From a virus, in the IMG/VR virus record IMGVR_UViG_3300022925_000008, positions 32,001 to 96,000 of that record: a DNA stretch of 64,000 bases. The stretch is one strand, 5' to 3'. Below are positions 53,870 through 61,409 of this stretch, piece by piece. The notes beneath the pieces were generated by a model. It searched no databases. It was not told the origin of the DNA and saw only the letters and a list, made by a program, of their open reading frames with translations. How positions within the stretch are numbered: the stretch's first letter is position 1; each line of letters starts with the position of its first letter. The position numbers and the translations under genes were made by a program.

Positions 53870-54388
53870 TTGTTCAGTTTTTTTGTAAGAAGAAGCAAGA
53901 GAACCTTTTCTACCGGAGTAAAGTGCCTTGCGGATGATGGGGTCTTTGTTATAGTAGACGCCTTCTGAATAAGTCGAACCACCGATCTTGAAGATCGATA
54001 GACTGGCGCCACTTTTCTGTTTGCCCCAGAAAAAGAACCCGCATTTCTCATAGAAGGCCACAGCATCAGGTTCTGCAGAAACGCGGAAATACAATGCTTT
54101 GTTTTCTATAGCGTAACTTAAAGAATAATCAGTTAACATTCTACCCACACCCTTGCCGCGATGTTTATTAAAAGTGTGCAACAACTGCAGGTTGGCGACT
54201 TTGGGTTCTCGTTTAGAGATAGTCGTTATGATAGCGCCCAATAATTCATCGTTTTCCCACGCTCCCACGCAAAACTCCCATTGTTTCTGCATATTTGCTT
54301 TGGCAACAAAGGTTTTGGCAAATTTGTCTGCAGGATCTTCGGTAATACAAGAACGAAATTCTTCTAAAGTGCAACTACGCAACTTCAT
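53852..54388 (-). CDS. GNAT-family N-acetyltransferase
   Basis: HRGKGVGRML acetyl-CoA motif A; AV.FYEKCGF. Confidence 0.88.
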   Translation of the reverse strand: MKLRSCTLEEFRSCITEDPADKFAKTFVAKANMQKQWEFCVGAWENDELLGAIITTISKREPKVANLQLLHTFNKHRGKGVGRMLTDYSLSYAIENKALYFRVSAEPDAVAFYEKCGFFFWGKQKSGASLSIFKIGGSTYSEGVYYNKDPIIRKALYSGRKGSLASSYKKTEQNQLLT

Positions 54389-55265
54389 TATATACCCTTA
54401 CCTTGGTACCTCTACCTTGAATTCCTCTTTCTTTGGCATATTTGGTTTTTAACCACCCAGCATATTCTTCTAAGTTCCACACAAAGGGAGGAAAGGTATA
54501 ATCATGCATGAATAAAAGTTCTGAAACTGATGGACCATCGTTCAATGCAGCATCAATAAAATCAAGGGCGAATCTAAATTGTGATTCTACCTCTGCACGT
54601 TTTGTAGTAGAGCGAAAACAACGAAACTCAATAGTTCCAGTATGCTTCATACAATATGTGTTGATCGCATAACGAAACGGACGACCCATTGACACTCCGT
54701 CTTTGCCAGCAGCGTGCAGTTTAATAAAATGGTTGAAGTCCGTGGCAAGATTAATAATGTTGTTGCTCATATATTCTGGCATTTGTCGACCACCATCATA
54801 TTTAAGATACATCTTGGCACCCCTGGTTAATTTCATTTCATGATGATCATAGAATCCATAACACGCTTCGACAGTATCTTCTTGATTTTCCGCCACATAT
54901 GCTATTAGTTTTTTGAGAGCTGTAATATCATCTTTCAACCCAGGAACAAATACATGAAGGTGTCCATGATTGACAACGCTTGCTGTCGGAGTATCGCCAT
55001 GAGCAACAAATAGATCATGCAGTTCCATTACACGGTCTGCTTGTTCTTGCCATGTTTTGGTAGGTTTTGTATTAATCTCTCCACCATAAGGAGGAGATTC
55101 TCCGAGAGGATCACACGCCACATACTGGTATGGGGGATTGAGATTTAAAATGTCGGTCTCAGAATATTCCCAACTCCCCAGATGTTCTGGTATTTCTAAC
55201 CTACGATCAATATCACCCCACTCAATTTCGTAACCCCACGTAAAATCATTCTTATCAAAACTCAT
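54375..55265 (-). CDS. Amidoligase (COOH-NH2 ligase, glutamate-cysteine-ligase fold)
   Basis: TWGYEIEW, GGEIN, HGHLHV, TIEFR. Confidence 0.8.
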   Translation of the reverse strand: MSFDKNDFTWGYEIEWGDIDRRLEIPEHLGSWEYSETDILNLNPPYQYVACDPLGESPPYGGEINTKPTKTWQEQADRVMELHDLFVAHGDTPTASVVNHGHLHVFVPGLKDDITALKKLIAYVAENQEDTVEACYGFYDHHEMKLTRGAKMYLKYDGGRQMPEYMSNNIINLATDFNHFIKLHAAGKDGVSMGRPFRYAINTYCMKHTGTIEFRCFRSTTKRAEVESQFRFALDFIDAALNDGPSVSELLFMHDYTFPPFVWNLEEYAGWLKTKYAKERGIQGRGTKVRVYNEVA

Positions 55266-55948
55266 TGCAAATCCTCAAAAATATGTTTTATGTTAAATGG
55301 CACAGTACAATCGTATATTTTCATTTGATCTTTTTCAACAACATAATTATGTAACTGATCAGTTTTATGTATATCCCTTAATCCTGCGCGTCTTGCAACG
55401 TCTGCAGTAGACGTAAATATGATACCCCTTTCGTGCATACTATACCAGAGTGGACGTTCATGGTTACGAAAGGCAGTCAACGAATTGTTCTTACTGTTAA
55501 GTGCACAGACCGCCATGCTTGCGGTAGGAAAGTCAATGAATGGGTGTGAATCGTTTTCTAGACTTCTCAATATCAACTCAGAGTCATTATTAGTTTCACA
55601 CTTGTACAACCAGTTTACTTTTGGTTCTTGAGAAACAACGCCGTTGTGTGATATTGAGATATTTTCGGCAGCGAGGGGTTGGGGATATTTTAGATCAGAC
55701 GTAGAGTATCTTGTATGACCTATCATGTACAGATTGCCGTTGCTATGAATTGCATCAAAGAGATCAAACTTCTGGAAGAATTCTTCGGCGGGGATACGGT
55801 CTTTAACTGTTACCAAACCACTTTCGGTAATATATGAAAGTCCGGTCGAATGTTTTCCGCGGATTTGAGATTCATAGAATAAATTTTCAACTAGAGCGAG
55901 ATCCTCTTCTTGGACATTTTTCAAATAAATTCCCAAAACTCCGCACAT
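55262..55948 (-). CDS. Class II (Ntn) glutamine amidotransferase
   Basis: N-terminal MCGV, IRG..STG, GHTRYST, HNG, NDSE. Confidence 0.88.
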   Translation of the reverse strand: MCGVLGIYLKNVQEEDLALVENLFYESQIRGKHSTGLSYITESGLVTVKDRIPAEEFFQKFDLFDAIHSNGNLYMIGHTRYSTSDLKYPQPLAAENISISHNGVVSQEPKVNWLYKCETNNDSELILRSLENDSHPFIDFPTASMAVCALNSKNNSLTAFRNHERPLWYSMHERGIIFTSTADVARRAGLRDIHKTDQLHNYVVEKDQMKIYDCTVPFNIKHIFEDLQ

Positions 55949-56109
55949 CAATTATCTCTCTCATCTTTTTTTACAAGGTAAGTTATATTATGCCCTATTA
56001 TACTAGAATTGTCAAGGCATTTCCCACATTTCGTTCCAACTTTGTTTATCAAAAAAGGTTCTTTATCCAGCATCTTCTCAGTTATGGCATTACAAATGCA
56101 AATGTACAT
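55948..56109 (-). CDS. Bfd-like [2Fe-2S] mini-ferredoxin (53 aa)
   Basis: Not in ORF track; MYICICNAITEKML...VGTKCGKC matches Bfd CxC...GxxCxxC pattern. Confidence 0.7.
   Translation of the reverse strand: MYICICNAITEKMLDKEPFLINKVGTKCGKCLDNSSIIGHNITYLVKKDERDN
55987..56015 (-). promoter_or_regulatory. sigma70 promoter for the modification operon
   Basis: TTGACA-17 nt-CATAAT inside the Bfd-like ORF. Confidence 0.6.
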
Positions 56110-56216
56110 TACGTGAATATAGTTACGATAATTGATATTATAAGAACGTTGGATATCGTTCCACTAATAAACCCATAACAGAACTTTTCAAACAATTCGT
56201 CTTTATAGTTTTTCAT
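56109..56216 (-). CDS. Small membrane protein (35 aa)
   Basis: Manual translation MKNYKDELFEKFCYGFISGTISNVLIISIIVTIFT. Confidence 0.4.
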   Translation of the reverse strand: MKNYKDELFEKFCYGFISGTISNVLIISIIVTIFT

Positions 56217-56217
56217 A

Positions 56218-56634
56218 TTATGAAACCTCAGAAACTCTTTTTCTTAAATCGCTTGTTGAAAACCTATGGTCTCTCTTATTAAAATAAATTTCAATTCCTC
56301 GACTGGCACATATTGCGCGTCCAGTAAACTTATTATCTTTATATTCAGATCCTATTATTCTAACATCAAAATTGTACATTGTCAAGATGTCTTCGAGATC
56401 TTGTTCAGTTTGGTATGGAATAATTTCGTCGACGTATTTAATAGCATTTAGTTGTGCGTAACGTTCTACAAGGGTTTGTACCGGAGAGTTTTTGTTTGCC
56501 CGATCAACGCTAGGGTCAACCTGTAATCCGCAGATCAAATAGTCGCACTGGTCTTTTGCTTCTCGAAGCATCGCAACATGTCCTGCGTGGAGAAGATCGA
56601 AAGTGCTTGCAGTAAATCCTACTATACGTTCCAT
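56218..56634 (-). CDS. Glycerol-3-phosphate cytidylyltransferase-like (TagD-like)
   Basis: FDLLHAGH, LICGLQ.DP, P.Q.L.ER, IKYVDEI, G.EY, R.H.FSTS.LR. Confidence 0.88.
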   Translation of the reverse strand: MERIVGFTASTFDLLHAGHVAMLREAKDQCDYLICGLQVDPSVDRANKNSPVQTLVERYAQLNAIKYVDEIIPYQTEQDLEDILTMYNFDVRIIGSEYKDNKFTGRAICASRGIEIYFNKRDHRFSTSDLRKRVSEVS

Positions 56635-56831
56635 GATCTTCCTTCTTCGATGGCATCCTGCGCGCATTGAATATATTCGCGATCTTCTTCTGAAAGAATG
56701 CTCCAAAATTTACTGACTTCTAATGTAAGATCATAAACTTCATCTATGTGCTCTAGATGATAATTGGATTCCATCAATTCTTGTATATAATCTAATCTAG
56801 ATTTGATTTTTTGTCTTAACATTAATGCCAC
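56622..56831 (-). CDS. Conserved hypothetical protein
   Basis: VSKFWSILSEEDREYIQCA. Confidence 0.6.
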   Translation of the reverse strand: MALMLRQKIKSRLDYIQELMESNYHLEHIDEVYDLTLEVSKFWSILSEEDREYIQCAQDAIEEGRSWNV

Positions 56832-57481
56832 CGATAAAACTTATGAGATCCAATCCTACCAACGGGAACCATACCCCTGTCGTTGATCCAGTTTGGCGTT
56901 ACGTATGTCGCGTGATAATGTGTAGCACCTTCTGTGATGCCTCTCCAACCGCCTCGTAGAGACATCTCGGCAATGATTTGTGATTCAATATAGGCATCTG
57001 TTTCCATAGGTTCATCACTCAACCCATCACAGAACCAAGAGAAGTGACACATACCACGAACCGGAACCTCGTTACCTTTCCAGTTGGTTCGCATCACTGA
57101 CTGGTTGACAACTTCGCAGACGGTGTCGGGGAACAGATTGCTATCAACCCTGTTTAAGACTACATCAGCAACAGCAACACGCCCAGCGAAATTATCACTC
57201 CGAGACTCGTGATAAACATTAAGAGCGAGGCATTCCAATTCTTGGATTCTTGCAGCTTCCTCTGCATCTCTTGATCCGCTTGGTGCAAATTTTGGTTCTT
57301 CTTCAAGTGTTTGAAGTGGCGGTTCAATTGCCGTTGTTTCTTCAATCGGTTTGGGGATCTCATCGGTTCCTCCTAAAAATATTAGGGCACTGGTCACAAT
57401 CAAGAAAGAGAAAAATAAACCCAGGAACCATACGAATCTATTAGTCGCTTGAAATATCGGAAGGTTCTTCATATGTTGCAT
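56822..57481 (-). CDS. Membrane-anchored SleB/CwlJ-type cell wall hydrolase
   Basis: N-terminal TM; CLALNVYHESR, VV.NRV, P.TVCEVV, FSW, ATHYHA.YV.P.W, IG.H.FY. Confidence 0.9.
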   Translation of the reverse strand: MQHMKNLPIFQATNRFVWFLGLFFSFLIVTSALIFLGGTDEIPKPIEETTAIEPPLQTLEEEPKFAPSGSRDAEEAARIQELECLALNVYHESRSDNFAGRVAVADVVLNRVDSNLFPDTVCEVVNQSVMRTNWKGNEVPVRGMCHFSWFCDGLSDEPMETDAYIESQIIAEMSLRGGWRGITEGATHYHATYVTPNWINDRGMVPVGRIGSHKFYRWH

Positions 57482-57698
57482 TACCCCACACTTTTGATGA
57501 ATTCAATTTCTTTCCATACTCATTAGTAAATATCATCTCATTATCTTCCCCGTCCCAATCACAATGCACTGCATCAAACGCTTCTAATATAGCACCCCAA
57601 GTCTGAGCTGCTCCAACAATACATCCTTCTCTTCTACCCCAGTAAAAAGCAGCTGCCATACAAATTATCGTTAACAATGTTTGTTCGAATGGTTCCAT
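57441..57698 (-). CDS. Small membrane protein
   Basis: N-terminal TM; GGAG RBS. Confidence 0.55.
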   Translation of the reverse strand: MEPFEQTLLTIICMAAAFYWGRREGCIVGAAQTWGAILEAFDAVHCDWDGEDNEMIFTNEYGKKLNSSKVWGNATYEEPSDISSD

Positions 57699-57709
57699 AG
57701 ACGTTTCTC

Positions 57710-59095
57710 CTAGAAAATTTTAATAGAACTGAGTTTTTCCCCAGATACCCTCCTTCCAGCGTCGCTATTATCAAACACAGGCCCAGTGTCTTGGACAAGG
57801 TCTTGCGTAGCATTATCAATGTCATACAGTCTCATTTTAGATCGATCAACCCCAATACAAAAACGTTTATTTGAATTGGGATCGTTATATCGATTCTTCA
57901 ATTGTTTAACCATAATTTGATTGAGTCCTTCAAGTTCTTCGTTTGATACTAAAGCGAACATAAGATCCGCAGTCGCCGGTAAACCGAACGATTCAGAAGT
58001 ATCCTCAAGTCCAGGGTCAGAGTTACCAAATCCACTTCTTGTGGTTTGGGTCGCTGACATGATAGGGACATTAAACTCTACCGCCAATCCTCTCATCTCT
58101 TCGGCGATAGCCTTAATGTATGAGTAAGAATTAATTACACCGCCCATTCCCTTCATTCTTGAAGATGCACATATATTTAGATAATCTATGAAAATTATTT
58201 CTGGTTTAAATGATTTTTTTAATTTTAGTTCGTTAAGCAATGCACGGAAATGACTAGTATGCGCAGCACCAGTAGGGTATTCTTTAACAATAAGTTTACC
58301 TTTGGTTTTTGCTGCTATCTTACCAACCCGATCTCTGAATGTTTGTTTAGACATATGATCTAAAGAACCAATCGGCACGTTCATCAAATTTGCATCAATC
58401 CTCTCGGCGATACGTTCTTCGGCCATTTCCATTGTTATGTAAAGAACGTTATGACCAAGGGAAAGGCAACTGGCAGCATGATGACACATAAAGAGACTTT
58501 TACCCACGCCTGTACCAGCCAGTGCGATGTTCAGAGTCTTATTGGGAAGACCACCTTTGGTGATGGTGTTAAGGTATTCCAAATCAAAGGGAATACGGTC
58601 TTCTTGCTCATGATAAAAGTCGTATCGCTCATCTACATTTTCTAAATAGTCATGTCCAACATTAGTGTCAAAACAGACTGCCAGTGCCTCTGTTAACACA
58701 TCAGGAATTGCATTTTTAGACAATTTCTGATGCTTGCCATCAATTATCTGGATTGATTCCATGATGGCATTATACACCGCACGGTCTTGACACCACTTCT
58801 CAGTTGTGTCTAATAACCATTCACTGTCTTCTTTCTTTGCCTGAAAAATATCAGGAAGAATGTCGATAGCGTGGGTGTACATTTCTGGATTAAGACCGAC
58901 TTCATCAATCTCAATCTTAAACGCTTCGAGGGATGGAAGTTTATTATATTTGGAAACAAACTTCACTACCTGATTAAATAACTCACGGTAGATACCCTCA
59001 AAATAGTCTTTCTTAACAAACGGTAGAACCTTTCGCATAAAAGGTTCGTTGGTTAAAATGTTTCTTAAGATAGTTTTTTCTAAATCAATGTTCAT
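57710..59095 (-). CDS. 41: T4 gp41-type replicative helicase
   Basis: AGTGVGKS, YITMEM.EE, IFIDYLNI, SATQTTR, SESFGLPATAD, KQLKNRY. Confidence 0.96.
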   Translation of the reverse strand: MNIDLEKTILRNILTNEPFMRKVLPFVKKDYFEGIYRELFNQVVKFVSKYNKLPSLEAFKIEIDEVGLNPEMYTHAIDILPDIFQAKKEDSEWLLDTTEKWCQDRAVYNAIMESIQIIDGKHQKLSKNAIPDVLTEALAVCFDTNVGHDYLENVDERYDFYHEQEDRIPFDLEYLNTITKGGLPNKTLNIALAGTGVGKSLFMCHHAASCLSLGHNVLYITMEMAEERIAERIDANLMNVPIGSLDHMSKQTFRDRVGKIAAKTKGKLIVKEYPTGAAHTSHFRALLNELKLKKSFKPEIIFIDYLNICASSRMKGMGGVINSYSYIKAIAEEMRGLAVEFNVPIMSATQTTRSGFGNSDPGLEDTSESFGLPATADLMFALVSNEELEGLNQIMVKQLKNRYNDPNSNKRFCIGVDRSKMRLYDIDNATQDLVQDTGPVFDNSDAGRRVSGEKLSSIKIF

Positions 59096-59387
59096 TAATG
59101 TCCTTGGTCGCGAGTGATCCATTTCCTGCTGCTTCATCTAGAACAGTTTCTAGAATAGATCCCACAAATTCTTGAAGTTCAACATTACTAACTGAAAGAG
59201 AATCGTCAGGAGAATATATTATTGTAAAGTTAAAATTCAAACATTTCAAGGGGCCATTAAAAGAAATATTACCAAATCGGATAATAGTTTCAACAAAATC
59301 CCCTTTTAAGATTCTTATATCCCAACCCTGCGAATTATCATCGTCTGTTGGTATAAGTTCAAAATCTATTCCTTCGTGAAAACTCAT
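59085..59387 (-). CDS. Conserved protein at the T4 gp40 position
   Basis: Synteny uvsX - X - gp41. Confidence 0.5.
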   Translation of the reverse strand: MSFHEGIDFELIPTDDDNSQGWDIRILKGDFVETIIRFGNISFNGPLKCLNFNFTIIYSPDDSLSVSNVELQEFVGSILETVLDEAAGNGSLATKDINEH

Positions 59388-60409
59388 TACTCTTCTTCCA
59401 GTTCTAATTGGATTTCTGTCTTATTTCCAATCTGATACATCTTAGAAACAAATTCAGAGAACTGCGCGTCTTCTAAAATGTCTTTCCAGAATTCACTATT
59501 CAATTCACTAGCACGATACTTTTTATCTTCACGCGGTTTTTGATACCAACCGTTAGATGGTTTGACAACCCATCCACCTGCCATGGCAATGTCAAGTAGA
59601 CCAGACATCTCATCAATGCCGCCATCCCAAGTAACGCTGATTGGAATCTTGCTTTTCTCTTTTACATAACGAGACTTATCCACATTTACAATAAAATCAT
59701 ATCCAGTGATTTCGGTACCAGTTTTGTTCTGTCGTCGACCGATAATCCAGATGTTGTCGGCAGAGTAATAGATGCCAGTACCACCACCAACAATATCTTT
59801 AGGGAACAATCCAATCTCTTTGTAGGTATGATTGACCGCGAGGAGCGGAATGTTCTTCATCGTCAAATAGGGTGTGGTCATACGAAACAAACCTTTCAGT
59901 GCTTTTGCTCGTGACATATCGGCAACAGACTTCTCGTTCAAAGTATCTTCCATTTCTTTCTTCGAAGCAAGGTTGCCTATAGAATCAATGACAATAATTA
60001 CTTTCTCTTTTTTATCAATACTTTCAAGTTGTGCAATAATATCAAACTTTAATTCTTCGACGTTGGTGATTGGGATATGCAAAACTCTATCCAAATCAAT
60101 ATCAAAGGTTTCAAAGTAAGACTGAGGAGATCCAAACTCAGAATCGTAAAACATCATTACTGCTTCAGGGTCTGAATTAAGATATGCAGATGCAATTTTA
60201 AGAGCAAACGATGTCTTGAAGTGTTTTGATGGACCCGCTAGAACGGTCAACCCTGAAGAGATCCCGCCCGAGAGGGAACCAGAGAGCGCGACGTTCAACA
60301 TCGGCACGTCTGTGGGGATTTGTTCTTTATTGGCAAAGAACTCCGACTTAGACAGCACCTCTGTGTGATCTAGCTTGCTGTTCTTTTTTAGTTTCGACAT
60401 TAACGACAT
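59387..60409 (-). CDS. uvsX: UvsX RecA-like recombinase
   Basis: AGPSKHFKT, FYDSEFG, DSIGNLASKKE, DMSRAK, VNHTY, GGG..YSAD. Confidence 0.96.
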   Translation of the reverse strand: MSLMSKLKKNSKLDHTEVLSKSEFFANKEQIPTDVPMLNVALSGSLSGGISSGLTVLAGPSKHFKTSFALKIASAYLNSDPEAVMMFYDSEFGSPQSYFETFDIDLDRVLHIPITNVEELKFDIIAQLESIDKKEKVIIVIDSIGNLASKKEMEDTLNEKSVADMSRAKALKGLFRMTTPYLTMKNIPLLAVNHTYKEIGLFPKDIVGGGTGIYYSADNIWIIGRRQNKTGTEITGYDFIVNVDKSRYVKEKSKIPISVTWDGGIDEMSGLLDIAMAGGWVVKPSNGWYQKPREDKKYRASELNSEFWKDILEDAQFSEFVSKMYQIGNKTEIQLELEEE

Positions 60410-60412
60410 ATT

Positions 60413-61354
60413 TTAATTCCTGTATATAAATTCAATTGCACCATTTGCTTCAATCTCTAATGGTCTATTATCATACCACTTTCCTGTATCATTATCAAGC
60501 TCTCTACACATATCCGCGATTTCTTTCGGGGAAATGGGATATTCTGCTTTAATAGCATTTGCTGCTATCGCCACCATAATTTGGTACATTTTAGAATACC
60601 ATCCTGTTCCGGTGATTGACATATATTCTTGTGCCAAACGTTTGGGGAAGAAAGGGCAGTCTCGATAAGATGTCCAGTGTACATCTATATTTTGTGACTG
60701 TTCTTTCCTATAAGAAACAACCTGTTCTCTAAGCGCTGACGGCAGACGGTCAAGGAACGAGCTAGACTTTGCCGTTTGATATTCCCAAGCACTCATTAAG
60801 TCGTCAGGATTTATATGACGACCTTCGTTTTTAAAGAAAAAATTGAAAGCATTTGGGTATTCTGCTGGCACATAATACATCCTCGATAAATCTTTAGTCT
60901 GTTTATCTCCAATACCTTTCAGTTGTTTATTCAAAGCGAACCAGAAGTGAGGTATTTCTTCTGAGGTTATTTCTCGAGTCATCGGAAACACCAAACGAAA
61001 CTTGGGGGTAATGGGCGTACTACTAGCAGTAGAATAACACACAAACTGATATTGACCACAGATTTGTTGAAGTGTAGGTTCTAAGACGCTAGGCACAATA
61101 CCAAAATCATCAAAGTCGTCCACATCAACAGCAGCCCAACTGCCCCAACAAGTAACGTTTTTATTAGACCGAGTGCTGGATTCAATATAACGAGCAGGAC
61201 TAATAAGAGGAGAAGAATTGTTTCCACCTTTTTCACCATTTTTCTTTGATAAATTTAAAAGCATCTTCTCAAACTCATTCCAAGTTTCAAAAGATAATAC
61301 GCGGTGCGTTTTATTGTCGAAAGCGTTTTTGAATAAAGTAAGCGAATACATCAT
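60413..61354 (-). CDS. Primase-polymerase (AEP/PrimPol)-like protein
   Basis: AVDVDD (DxD), YSTASS...KFRLVFP..R, DLSR.YY.P; helical C-terminal domain. Confidence 0.65.
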   Translation of the reverse strand: MMYSLTLFKNAFDNKTHRVLSFETWNEFEKMLLNLSKKNGEKGGNNSSPLISPARYIESSTRSNKNVTCWGSWAAVDVDDFDDFGIVPSVLEPTLQQICGQYQFVCYSTASSTPITPKFRLVFPMTREITSEEIPHFWFALNKQLKGIGDKQTKDLSRMYYVPAEYPNAFNFFFKNEGRHINPDDLMSAWEYQTAKSSSFLDRLPSALREQVVSYRKEQSQNIDVHWTSYRDCPFFPKRLAQEYMSITGTGWYSKMYQIMVAIAANAIKAEYPISPKEIADMCRELDNDTGKWYDNRPLEIEANGAIEFIYRN

Positions 61355-61357
61355 ATT

Positions 61358-61406
61358 ATTATACGATATTGTTTATCAAAAAGCAACTGCATATAAGTTA
61401 TTGATA
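61358..61406 (-). promoter_or_regulatory. Early promoter with IHF-like site
   Basis: TATCAATAACTTA - 30 nt - TATAAT. Confidence 0.8.
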
Positions 61407-61409
61407 ATA

